From contig JAIZWK010000001.1 in assembly GCA_021498095.1 (NCBI GenBank), forward strand, positions 1,650,001 to 1,682,000: a stretch of 32,000 bases of DNA, in the 5' to 3' direction. A model generated the notes under the pieces. The model was given only the letters and a program-made list of their open reading frames with translations, was not told the DNA's origin and did not search any database. A program made the translations under genes and the position numbers. The stretch comes from Candidatus Harpocratesius repetitus. Lineage in GTDB: Archaea > Asgardarchaeota > Lokiarchaeia > Sigyniarchaeales > Promethearchaeaceae. This document shows positions 8,480-17,772 of the stretch, piece by piece (within the stretch, counting starts at the first letter, position 1; every line of letters begins with the position of its first letter).

Positions 8480-10336
8480 ATGACAAAGAATACAGAAAAT
8501 AATCATGTTTTATCAACTTCAATATCCACAAAAAAAAGCATTAGAATGATCTTTTCTTATGCGTGGTTAAATAAAAAAGAATTTATTTTAATGTTAGTTT
8601 TTATGGGTTTTGGAATTGGTTTTATGATGGTTTCTCCTCAAATTTTCCGAAAAGTAATCAATCTTTTGGAAAACAATGATTCAAATGCTACTGTGCGAGA
8701 TCTTCTTGGTCTTCTTGGCTTGGGTGTAGGAATCGCTTTAATAGGGGGAATTATTTTAGGAATAGGTAGATATTACTCAGCAATTGTGGGAACTGAGGCT
8801 CAATATAATATTAGAAAAAGCGTATATAATGCTATTAATCGGCAAACGTACTCGTTTTTTAATAAAGCCGAAACAGGTGACTTGGTTGCCAGAGCGACTT
8901 CTGACATTGAAATGACAACTCCTGTATTTAATCAAGGTATAACTCTTGGATTTCAATCGATAATTATGATGATTGGTGTTGTGGTTGGAATATCAGTTAC
9001 ATTTCCTTCAATTTCATGGATAATTATAACAGCAGAAATAATATTCTTGTTTGTTATTGTTTTTTGTGCAAAAAAAATGCAAGAGGCATATCTTAAGTCT
9101 CGTCGTACATTTGGAAATTTAACCACAGTATTTCGAGAAAACATTATTGGAGCTCAAGTAGTACGAATTTTTAATAGTCAAAATAAAGAAATTCGTAAAT
9201 TTCAAGCTGAAAATGCTGATTTCAAAGATTATACCATCCAAGCAATTAAATGGTCCACAATTTTGCGATATTCTGGTTGGATCATGCTAGCTATAATGTC
9301 TTCGTTTATTTTAGTATTTGGAGGCTGGAATGCATATCAAGCATACTTAGCAAATGATCAATCATTTAATTTAGGTGTTTTTGTTGCAATGTTGAGTTAT
9401 ATTTCAATGTTGGGAATGCCAATTAATCAAATTAATAATGTGGTTATGAATTTTGTTCAAGCTAATGCCGCAATGGTTCGGGTTAAAGAAGTTTTAGATT
9501 CTATGCCAGAAATCGTTGAATCTCCTAATGCAATATCTGCTAAAGATATTCGGGGTGATGTAGAATTCAGAAATGTTAATTTTGGATATACATCAACATT
9601 AGTTTTAAAGAATATAAATCTTAAAGTTAAAGCAGGAACAACTGTAGCACTTTTAGGAACAACCGGTTCTGGAAAATCTACTTTGATCTCTCTTTTACCG
9701 CGTTTTTATGATATACTTGATGGTGAACTCTTAATTGATGGCCGTAATATTAAAGATTATAAAATTGACGAATTACGACGGCAAATTGCAGTTTGTTCTC
9801 AGAATATTTTCCTATTTAACATTTCAATTGCCGATAATATACGATATGGGCGTGATGATGCTTCTCTTGAAGAGGTAATTGAAGCTGCAAAAGCAGCAAA
9901 TGTCCATGAATTTATTGAAAATTTGCCGGATAAATACGACACTCTAGTAGGAGAACGTGGTGTAGCCTTATCTGGGGGACAAAAGCAAAGAGTGGCAATT
10001 GCTCGCGCTTTAATACTAAAACCAAAAATCTTGATTCTTGACGATAGTACATCTAGTGTTGATATGAATACTGAATACAAAATTCAACAAGCATTAGAAA
10101 GAGTAATGAAAAATCGAACTACATTTATTATCACACAACGTCTCTCAACTATTCGAAATGCAAATTCAATTGTGGTAATGGATCAAGGAAGAATCGTAGG
10201 TGCAGGAACACATGAAGATCTCATTGGAAAAAATGCAATTTATACTCAAATCTATCAAACATTATTTGCAAAACAGAAAACAATGGAAACTCCGCAAGTT
10301 GCCGAAATTATGGCTGAAAAGAAAGGAGGTAATTAA
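8480..10336 (+). CDS. ABC exporter fused TMD-NBD subunit (degenerate Walker B and H-switch)
   Basis: Six-TM ABC membrane domain, Walker A GTTGSGKST, signature LSGGQKQR, Walker B ILILDD (D instead of E), switch ITQR (Q instead of H). Confidence 0.95.
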   Translation: MTKNTENNHVLSTSISTKKSIRMIFSYAWLNKKEFILMLVFMGFGIGFMMVSPQIFRKVINLLENNDSNATVRDLLGLLGLGVGIALIGGIILGIGRYYSAIVGTEAQYNIRKSVYNAINRQTYSFFNKAETGDLVARATSDIEMTTPVFNQGITLGFQSIIMMIGVVVGISVTFPSISWIIITAEIIFLFVIVFCAKKMQEAYLKSRRTFGNLTTVFRENIIGAQVVRIFNSQNKEIRKFQAENADFKDYTIQAIKWSTILRYSGWIMLAIMSSFILVFGGWNAYQAYLANDQSFNLGVFVAMLSYISMLGMPINQINNVVMNFVQANAAMVRVKEVLDSMPEIVESPNAISAKDIRGDVEFRNVNFGYTSTLVLKNINLKVKAGTTVALLGTTGSGKSTLISLLPRFYDILDGELLIDGRNIKDYKIDELRRQIAVCSQNIFLFNISIADNIRYGRDDASLEEVIEAAKAANVHEFIENLPDKYDTLVGERGVALSGGQKQRVAIARALILKPKILILDDSTSSVDMNTEYKIQQALERVMKNRTTFIITQRLSTIRNANSIVVMDQGRIVGAGTHEDLIGKNAIYTQIYQTLFAKQKTMETPQVAEIMAEKKGGN

Positions 10337-10338
10337 AT

Positions 10339-12600
10339 TTGTCCCATCAAAGGAATCGAATGATTTTAGAAAAAACAAAACGTTTTGTTGATGATAAAAC
10401 CCTTTGGAAATGGATGCTTTCCTATTTAAAAGACAATTTAGGTGTATTTATTATTGTTCTTTTAGGAATGTTTCTATTCACAGGAATGCAGGCTGTATTA
10501 CCACTGCTTCAACAACGTTTAATAGATGATGGGATATTAAAAAGCAATGCTTCAGTTGTTATTTCAATCTTAATAATATACGCCAGTTTCCGTATTATTT
10601 CTAGCGTTGGGAATGGATTCTCAGAATTTATTTTGGCAAAGATAGGAACAAATGTTGTTTATAAGGTTCGTCAGGATTTATTCATCAATTTACAGAAAAC
10701 TTCTATGGATTATTTTGATAAAGTGCATAGTGGAGACATTATTAGCACAGTTACTAATGATGTCGATCAACTCAACATGGTTTTTGGCGGTCAACTTGCA
10801 ACTTTATTAACGGATTTGTTTCGCGGATTGATGGTATTAGGATTAATGCTTTTTATGAATTGGGAATTAACCCTGGTTGCTTTATCACTTACTCCTCTTC
10901 TTTTTATTTTATCTCGATTTTTTATTAAAAATGTACGCAACATGTTTAAAACCACCAGAAAGAAACTTTCTCAAGTAACCAGTGTGGCAGAGCAAAATAT
11001 TTCCGGAATGAAGGTAATTCAAGCATATGGTAAGCAACGAGAAGCTGCAGAAGAGTTTGATAGAGCAAATCGTAGTAACCAAGAGGCTTTTCTAAAGGTT
11101 CGTCGTATAATGTCGTTTCTATTTCCATTATTCTTCTTCATTTCCAGTTTAATTAGCGCGGTGGTGTTGCTGTATAGTGGAAGTGCTTATCTTAATGGGA
11201 TTGGATTCTTAGGTTCTACTATAACAATTGGTATTGTTTCTTCTTTTTCAAATTATTTAAACCAATTAATGATGCCCATAATGATGATTGCTTTCTTTAC
11301 TCAGCAAATGCAATCAACTTTAGCTGCTGCTGAACGGGTCTATCTACTGTTAAATGAGAAAAGTGAGATTCCTGATCCTGAAAATCCTGTTGATTTTTCT
11401 AATATTTCTGGTGAAATCGAATTTAAAGATGTAACTTTTGCATACAGTAAACGAAAAGCGAAAAAGCCTGTAAAAATAATTGATCCTTCGGCAAAACGCA
11501 AGAAGAAAGCCTTAAAAAGAAAGAAAGAAATTGAAAATAAAAATTTTATGCCAGAACAGACACAATTCATGCAAATGCAGGCTTTACTTCAAAATCCTGA
11601 AACATTTTTAAAATTAGCTCGCCGTTTAGATGCGCATTTGAAGGGAAATAACTTTAATCTTAAGATTTCTTCAAGTGGCGGGAATGGAGAAAGTAGTGGT
11701 GGTGGGATTACATCTGGTGAATCATCTATATCTGGAAAGGATGGAAAAGGATCTATTTTAGATAATCTTCCCCGTGCAAAAATACTTCAAATTTTAGGGT
11801 CACCACGAGTGCCCAAAGAGATTTTCGATCAATTTACCCCCACAGTTAAAGCATTAATTCAAGAAGATAAATTAATTAGAGAACATGAATCCCAAACAGG
11901 AGATGTCTTGAAAAATGTATCTATGCATTTAGAAGCAGGGCGAACTTTTGCTATAGTAGGACCAACAGGTGCTGGAAAAACGACATTGATAAAGTTGATT
12001 ACTCGATTTTATGATCTGAAACAAAATAGTGGTGAAATTTTAATTGATAAAATCAATATTAAGGATTTACGAAAAGAAGATTTAAGGAAAGCAATAGGTA
12101 TGGTTCCTCAAGATAGTTTTCTTTTTAATGGAACAATTTTGGAAAACTTATATTACGGTCTTCCTGATGATGTTCCTCATGTAGTTGATGATAAAGTCTT
12201 AGAAATCACGCGCTTTTTGGGATTGGATAATTTTATCCGTGAAATGCCTGATCAATATAATACACTATTAAATGAGAATGCAAGTAATCTTTCTGTTGGA
12301 CAGCGTCAATTAATTGCTTTTGCTCGTGTCTTAATGGTAGATCCTGAAATATTGATTTTGGATGAAGCTACAAGTTCAGTTGATCCATATACTGAGACTT
12401 TGATTCAAGAAGCCCTTGAGAAGGCTAAAAAAGGTCGTACTACTATTATTATTGCACATCGATTATCAACTATTAAAAATGCGGATGAAATTTTTGTTAT
12501 TGAGCATGGAGAAGTGGTTGAGCATGGAACACATGAAAGCTTGATGCAACGGCAAGGAAGTTATGCCAAATTAGTAGAAATGCAGGCTAAAGGTATTTAA
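10339..12600 (+). CDS. ABC exporter fused TMD-NBD subunit (consensus catalytic site) with large NBD insertion
   Basis: TTG start 8 nt after a strong AAGGAGGT. Walker A GPTGAGKTT, signature LSVGQRQ, Walker B ILILDE, IAHR. Together with the upstream gene this is the TmrAB/TM287-288-type asymmetric heterodimer pattern. Confidence 0.95.
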   Translation: MSHQRNRMILEKTKRFVDDKTLWKWMLSYLKDNLGVFIIVLLGMFLFTGMQAVLPLLQQRLIDDGILKSNASVVISILIIYASFRIISSVGNGFSEFILAKIGTNVVYKVRQDLFINLQKTSMDYFDKVHSGDIISTVTNDVDQLNMVFGGQLATLLTDLFRGLMVLGLMLFMNWELTLVALSLTPLLFILSRFFIKNVRNMFKTTRKKLSQVTSVAEQNISGMKVIQAYGKQREAAEEFDRANRSNQEAFLKVRRIMSFLFPLFFFISSLISAVVLLYSGSAYLNGIGFLGSTITIGIVSSFSNYLNQLMMPIMMIAFFTQQMQSTLAAAERVYLLLNEKSEIPDPENPVDFSNISGEIEFKDVTFAYSKRKAKKPVKIIDPSAKRKKKALKRKKEIENKNFMPEQTQFMQMQALLQNPETFLKLARRLDAHLKGNNFNLKISSSGGNGESSGGGITSGESSISGKDGKGSILDNLPRAKILQILGSPRVPKEIFDQFTPTVKALIQEDKLIREHESQTGDVLKNVSMHLEAGRTFAIVGPTGAGKTTLIKLITRFYDLKQNSGEILIDKINIKDLRKEDLRKAIGMVPQDSFLFNGTILENLYYGLPDDVPHVVDDKVLEITRFLGLDNFIREMPDQYNTLLNENASNLSVGQRQLIAFARVLMVDPEILILDEATSSVDPYTETLIQEALEKAKKGRTTIIIAHRLSTIKNADEIFVIEHGEVVEHGTHESLMQRQGSYAKLVEMQAKGI

Positions 12601-12653
12601 TTCTCAAACTTTTTTTCACTTGATCTTTTCATTTGATCATATTTAATAATTAT

Positions 12654-12788
12654 CTAAGCTCCGTTCTTCTTCTTTTTTTCTTCTTCTTTTATCTCTTCTT
12701 TTAGTTCATATTCTTTTATTCTTATTTTATTCCAAATCATTTGTAGGATGTAAAAAAATATCAAAAAAAAAATTTGATTAAAATCCAA
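12654..12788 (-). CDS. Candidate 44-aa single-pass membrane peptide MDFNQIFFLIFFYILQMIWNKIRIKEYELKEEIKEEEKKKKNGA
   Basis: Possible TTG start overlapping the M42 stop (alternative in-frame ATG at 12740). Hydrophobic stretch followed by an in-frame run of GAA/AAA codons. Not in the ORF track. Confidence 0.35.
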   Translation of the reverse strand: MDFNQIFFLIFFYILQMIWNKIRIKEYELKEEIKEEEKKKKNGA

Positions 12789-13869
12789 TTTCGAATGGTT
12801 GTGAAATTGCTTTAAATAATACATTTACGACTGCTTCAACGTCAACCACATAATTTTGGGCTATGGGTGAATGAATATAACGGCAGGGAACCGAAACACA
12901 TGCTGCTGGAATTCCCTTTTTTAAAGTGTGAAAAGATCCAGCATTTGTCCCTCCAAATGTGGGAAGTTTATATTGGTATGGAATCTCCAGATCTTTTGCA
13001 GTATTTTGCAGATATTTAAGAAGTTTTAAATTATAGACGGTTCCATGATCAGCAGCGCTAAATGCAGGTCCGTGTAAACAACTAGTTGGATTTTTATCTG
13101 GAGATACTCCAGGAACATCCGCGGCTATCGTATTTTCTAAAGCAATTCCAATATCTGGATTTAAACTATTGGCTGCAACCTTAGCGCCTCTTGCACCCAC
13201 TTCTTCAGCAACTGTAAAAGCAAAACAAATTGTGTTCTCAATCTGATCAACTTCTGTAAGTATTTTTGCAATTTGAAGAAGAACATTACAACCAGTGCGA
13301 TCATCAAAAGCTCGACCCCGCATTATGCCTAAAGAGGGAAGATATTCAAAATCTGCAGCCAGAACACCAGTAGATCCAATATCTATTCCCATTTTAAGAA
13401 CATCTTCTTGAGTTTGTGCTCCGATATCGATAAATAAATCCATATAATTTGGGATTTTTTCTCGCTCTGATTGTGAGGTTATATGAGGTGGTGGCATACC
13501 GATAATACCTGTGATTTTTGTTCCTTTATCAGAGAGAATTTCCACCTTACTTCCCGGATATAAACGAGGATCAATCCCTCCAAGTGGAGAAAATCGTAAG
13601 AATCCTCTTTTATCTATATATCGAATCATAAATCCAACTTCATCCATATGTGCATCTAACATAATTCGCAAACCATCGGCTTTAGAACCCTTTTTTTCTG
13701 CTAATACATTACCTAAGGGATCGATCCAAACATTATTCACAAATTTCTTCATTTCTGTATAAATAAAATTGCGAACTTCATCTTCCCGACCAGCTACTCC
13801 AATTAAACTGGTTAAATTCCTTTGTATGGCTACAATATTTTCTTTAAGAATCGAATTTTTCTCTATCAT
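12778..13869 (-). CDS. M42 family metallo-aminopeptidase (TET-like)
   Basis: GREDEVR, LDAHMDEVG, RAFDDRTG, TVAEEVGARGA, GGTNAG, VPCRYIHSP. Confidence 0.93.
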   Translation of the reverse strand: MIEKNSILKENIVAIQRNLTSLIGVAGREDEVRNFIYTEMKKFVNNVWIDPLGNVLAEKKGSKADGLRIMLDAHMDEVGFMIRYIDKRGFLRFSPLGGIDPRLYPGSKVEILSDKGTKITGIIGMPPPHITSQSEREKIPNYMDLFIDIGAQTQEDVLKMGIDIGSTGVLAADFEYLPSLGIMRGRAFDDRTGCNVLLQIAKILTEVDQIENTICFAFTVAEEVGARGAKVAANSLNPDIGIALENTIAADVPGVSPDKNPTSCLHGPAFSAADHGTVYNLKLLKYLQNTAKDLEIPYQYKLPTFGGTNAGSFHTLKKGIPAACVSVPCRYIHSPIAQNYVVDVEAVVNVLFKAISQPFEIGF

Positions 13870-13893
13870 ACCTTTTATAAAACAGAAAATATG

Positions 13894-14682
13894 TTAAAGA
13901 TTTGGATCTTCTAAAAGCTTAGATAATTCATCCATATTTGGTAAATCATGGATAATTTGCTGTTCAATATGATTTATCATTCTAAGTCTTTTTGACCAAA
14001 TTATAAATTGTCCTAATTCAAAACCCAGATAAATCAAGCATAATAAGGCACTTAATCTCAATAAGGTTTTATAAATTAAAAATATCCGAAGAAATTGGTG
14101 GGTTGTTGGAAGATGAATGTAATTTCGATAGATAATAAAGAAATAGATAAGGAGAAATATCGTCATACCTATTAAGATTCGAATAAACTGAATTTGATTA
14201 ATAATATGAAAATGTGTTCGTGTTAATGAGAATTCGCTTGTTTTTTTTGATAATTGATTCCATTTGAAGATAACTATAAATTGAATTACAGCTAAAATGC
14301 TGATAAGAAATAGAATGATAAAAATTCCTACAAATCTTAGAAGTTGAATACGTTCAAGTAAATAATTCATTCTTTTAGCTAATCTGTATATTATATATTC
14401 TATTAAAAGAGTTAAAATTGTAAAAATGGCTCCAATAATTTGTATTATTTGGTTTTTGCGAGTTATACCACTATATTGATTTCGTAATCTTTGATAATCT
14501 TGACTATTTGATGAAGATGGAATATATGTCTTTATTAATGTATTACCTGTTTGTTTTCTGGATTTTTCTAAATTAGAAAATCTATCTGAATATTGTTCCA
14601 GATCATTATTTTGTGTTTTACCTACATGAAGATTGGCTTTTGATTTATCTTCATTGTGATCTGGGTTTTCTGGGTTATACAT
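13894..14682 (-). CDS. Hypothetical membrane protein with about four TM helices
   Basis: Four long hydrophobic segments after a polar N-terminus. Gaps of 24-29 bp to both neighbours suggest an operon with the wHTH and M42 genes. Confidence 0.78.
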   Translation of the reverse strand: MYNPENPDHNEDKSKANLHVGKTQNNDLEQYSDRFSNLEKSRKQTGNTLIKTYIPSSSNSQDYQRLRNQYSGITRKNQIIQIIGAIFTILTLLIEYIIYRLAKRMNYLLERIQLLRFVGIFIILFLISILAVIQFIVIFKWNQLSKKTSEFSLTRTHFHIINQIQFIRILIGMTIFLLIYFFIIYRNYIHLPTTHQFLRIFLIYKTLLRLSALLCLIYLGFELGQFIIWSKRLRMINHIEQQIIHDLPNMDELSKLLEDPNL

Positions 14683-14711
14683 TTAATACACCTTTAATTT
14701 TTATAATTTTT

Positions 14712-14999
14712 TCACATTTCTAATTCATCAGATAACTGCATGAACCATGTAAATCTTTGTTCTCCCTTGGGTGTTATATGGACTCTCATACGAATTCGTT
14801 CTTTACCCCATGGTTCTTCAAGGACATTAATATATCCTGCTGATACTAATTGTTCTATGTATTTTTCACCAATTACCGTTTTAATTCCAACATTTTTGTA
14901 GATCTGAGTTTTAACCATACCTTCGTTCTTTGCTTTAATTAATTCTTCTAAAATTGATTGAATTAACATTACAGCAGAACGGTATTTACGTGTGGTCAT
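14712..14999 (-). CDS. Small archaeal winged-helix transcriptional regulator (COG3432/HTH_45-like)
   Basis: RS..LI.SIL...KTQIYKNVGI....EKYIEQLVSAGYI...ITPKG pattern. Confidence 0.8.
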   Translation of the reverse strand: MTTRKYRSAVMLIQSILEELIKAKNEGMVKTQIYKNVGIKTVIGEKYIEQLVSAGYINVLEEPWGKERIRMRVHITPKGEQRFTWFMQLSDELEM

Positions 15000-15120
15000 T
15001 TCCAGATCATTCTATTTTTCTTTAAGGGGTTTAAATATTTGAACTCTGAGGCACCTTTGGTACCCATTATTAAAGATTATAAATAACCATTTCACCATTC
15101 AACTAAACCCTTTATTTAAT

Positions 15121-15149
15121 TATAAGAATAGATGCTTCTTATTCTTATA
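15121..15149. repeat. 10-bp perfect inverted repeat TATAAGAATA-N9-TATTCTTATA (terminator or operator candidate)
   Basis: Read directly. Lies between the HD gene stop and the wHTH gene start. Confidence 0.35.
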
Positions 15150-15177
15150 CACAACGACATTTTTAGTAGAACATGAA

Positions 15178-15741
15178 TTATTTTATGATAGTAAGCATAT
15201 TCCAAAGTTTATCAATCCATGGGATCCTTTTTTCTTCATAGAATTTAAATAATCTCTCGTAATTTGCAATAATTTCAGATTTTTCAGCATTAAAAAAAGC
15301 AAAAATAGAATCGCCTTGCTTTTTCCACCAATATGTCATGTCATCTAAATTATGATATTTATCTGCGGCAGATAAGCGAATTGAATTAATAGATGCTTTA
15401 GAAATTAAACGGTTGTAATATCTTTGTTTTCGTTCCTGCCAAGGAAGTGATTTATTTGTTTCACTTACATTAGATACAATTTCTGCAACCACATTACCAA
15501 ATTTTTTACTAATTTCATCTAACGTTACAGGTGTATCCTCAACCACATCATGCAATATTGCTGCTATGATTAGATTTTTGTTATTATAATAATCAGCTAA
15601 TAGTCCTGCAACAGCTATTGGATGTAAAATGAAAGGTTTCCCTCCAATTTTTCTTTTTTGATTTTGATGTGCCTTAGCTGCGAATTTTATCGCATCATAG
15701 TAAGTTTTTGTAGAGAGAGTATCATCATATAGATTGTCCAT
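15178..15741 (-). CDS. RelA/SpoT-type HD hydrolase, stand-alone (Mesh1/small alarmone hydrolase-like)
   Basis: AAKAHQNQKRK, PFILHPIAVA, AAILHDVVEDT, SETNK...WQERK, AADKYHNL. No synthetase domain. Confidence 0.88.
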   Translation of the reverse strand: MDNLYDDTLSTKTYYDAIKFAAKAHQNQKRKIGGKPFILHPIAVAGLLADYYNNKNLIIAAILHDVVEDTPVTLDEISKKFGNVVAEIVSNVSETNKSLPWQERKQRYYNRLISKASINSIRLSAADKYHNLDDMTYWWKKQGDSIFAFFNAEKSEIIANYERLFKFYEEKRIPWIDKLWNMLTIIK

Positions 15742-15907
15742 GAATTAAAAAATTATGCGAAGAATTTAAACGAGATCAATTTTTAAAAATGAAATCAATG
15801 TATTTTGAAATTGTGGACCTTTGGTCCGCAACGATTTAAATGTAAAAACTGTGATAAAATTATTAGAACTAATTGTTCTATTTATTTCTTCATGTTGAAC
15901 TACATCA

Positions 15908-17551
15908 ATGGAGATTATGATTAATATGAAAAAAAATACAACTATTATTACCGGCCTTTTATTGATGGTTGTTATGCTTTCCGGCACTACAATTGCATGG
16001 GCAACTGGAACTTATACAGTGTCTAATGTAATTGGGCATAAATTTACTGAAGAAAGTTGGGCCATCCGCTATGATGTCTTGAGTAAGAAATTAGTAGAAG
16101 ATCTCACACCTGGAAATTATTCTGGTGATCTTGATTCATCTATTCCAGATCAAGCACCTTATCGAGATGCTATTTTCTATATAGCATATATGAATTTAGG
16201 GCAAGTGCAAACTGTTTACATGGCTTTCGATAGTTATTCGAATGATAATCGAAACATGACCTATTATGGTGTTTCACCTTATCAAATTATTCAGCAACAT
16301 TACCGTACTGCAGCAGGAAAACATGTGATTGTACAAAATGCATTTACAGGTCTGGTAGCATATAAAGAAAATGGAACTTTAAATGGTGTTCCTGATCGCA
16401 ACGATAGTCTATACTTTGGAGATAGTATGAATAACCAATTGTATAAATATTATCTCAACCGTCTATTAGTTTTTACATTAGGATATTATCCATTCGATAT
16501 GGATAAAACTCCAAGTGCCACTCCAAAAGTATTAACAAAATCTGAGACTTCTGACTCTTTTGAATATCGTTTTGGAATGGATTACAGCGATCTTTTTATC
16601 GTTTGGTATCCTGTTGAGATTCCAGATGATGTCAATGAGATTTCTAAGGGAGATTCATTATTAGGGAAAGTAGTTGCTTTTTCAGAATTAGCATATTTAA
16701 ATTTTACTTATACCCTTTCTGGAGCTTTAGTTGAAGATAAACCTGTAAATGTAACATTGACAACAGAATATGATATTGGACCAATTAACGATTTGTGGAT
16801 TGTTAATGATCCTCAAGATAAAACAGAAGCATTAGGTGGAAATTATTATTACTTATTTACTCTTGGAAAAGCAATTTCTCATTATAACTCAAGTGATAGT
16901 ATTCTTGCTAGATTATCTGGTTCAGAGAATATTCCTGGTTTCAGCTTGGCAGTTTCAAACTATGCTCGAATCATCAATATTGAAGCTACTGTTGAAGACG
17001 CTTATGATACAGAAGTTACCTCCGATAATGGAACAGTAATTGATGGAGATCAAGCAAATGAAAATGTCACCTCTTTAGATTTACGAACTGGTAATAAACC
17101 TGCATACAAGATTGATTTTGCAAGTAAACCAGACTATACACTAAATGGAGAAACTACATATGATGCCCCTGTTAAGTTGTTTCCATTTTCCCGAATCCGG
17201 AATCCAATATTCAATAAATTAGATGCTTATGCTTTTGTTTATTTAAATGCAATGACTCGAAGTATGATCCAAGCACGTATTGAATTGGCAAAAGAAAAAT
17301 TCTCATTGGAAGATAAGCAGCTAACTATTGATGTTACTCGAAGAAATGTCTTCTATACAATTTGTTTTCCAGAATGGGGAGGACAATCAATTTATCAAGA
17401 TCCTACTTTTACGGCTTATGCTGATCCCGGAGATTTAAGTTCAGCGGCAGGAATTTTAAGTCGTATTGATGGATTTGGTTTAGGTATATTTGCTCTTGCA
17501 GGATTAGGTGCTATGGCTCTGATTTTGAAGAAGACTAAATATAATAAATAA
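15908..17551 (+). CDS. Secreted or cell-surface protein with signal peptide and C-terminal membrane anchor (likely start is the ATG at 15926)
   Basis: MKKNTTIITGLLLMVVMLSGTTIAWA signal-like N-terminus; Tyr/Asp/Thr-rich body with several N-x-S/T sequons; C-terminal IDGFGLGIFALAGLGAMALILKKTK. Confidence 0.8.
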   Translation: MEIMINMKKNTTIITGLLLMVVMLSGTTIAWATGTYTVSNVIGHKFTEESWAIRYDVLSKKLVEDLTPGNYSGDLDSSIPDQAPYRDAIFYIAYMNLGQVQTVYMAFDSYSNDNRNMTYYGVSPYQIIQQHYRTAAGKHVIVQNAFTGLVAYKENGTLNGVPDRNDSLYFGDSMNNQLYKYYLNRLLVFTLGYYPFDMDKTPSATPKVLTKSETSDSFEYRFGMDYSDLFIVWYPVEIPDDVNEISKGDSLLGKVVAFSELAYLNFTYTLSGALVEDKPVNVTLTTEYDIGPINDLWIVNDPQDKTEALGGNYYYLFTLGKAISHYNSSDSILARLSGSENIPGFSLAVSNYARIINIEATVEDAYDTEVTSDNGTVIDGDQANENVTSLDLRTGNKPAYKIDFASKPDYTLNGETTYDAPVKLFPFSRIRNPIFNKLDAYAFVYLNAMTRSMIQARIELAKEKFSLEDKQLTIDVTRRNVFYTICFPEWGGQSIYQDPTFTAYADPGDLSSAAGILSRIDGFGLGIFALAGLGAMALILKKTKYNK

Positions 17552-17772
17552 AAAATATGTATTAAAATTAGATTTAAAGTCTTTTTTTTAATTTTTCTCT
17601 AATTTAGTATAATTACTTTTATTTTCTTTTATTTTATCTTTAAATTTCAAATTTCTTTTTTAAATCTCTTTAGTTTTTGTTATTTCCTTCTAGACTTTCT
17701 TTTTTTAATTATTCCAAAGTAATATAAGGATCATTTTTGCATTATATTATAAGGGGGAATTGAACTTAATTA

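Noticed and set aside
11446-11901. ABC NBD insertion as an intein
   Set aside because: No C-terminal His-Asn followed by Cys/Ser/Thr, and no recognisable splicing or LAGLIDADG blocks.
4022-13762. Short ORFs at 4022, 6805, 7108, 7994, 8953, 9799, 10200, 10946, 11340 and 13511
   Set aside because: All lie within well-supported longer genes on the other strand or frame and show no motifs.
15766-15987. 73-aa minus-strand ORF
   Set aside because: Its hydrophobic part is the antisense of the signal peptide of the 15908 gene; the rest is promoter-like AT-rich sequence.
17552-17772. Long pyrimidine-rich tract that reads Lys/Glu-rich on the minus strand
   Set aside because: The minus-strand frames I translated are interrupted by stops. 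Best explained as oligo-T terminator or promoter DNA.
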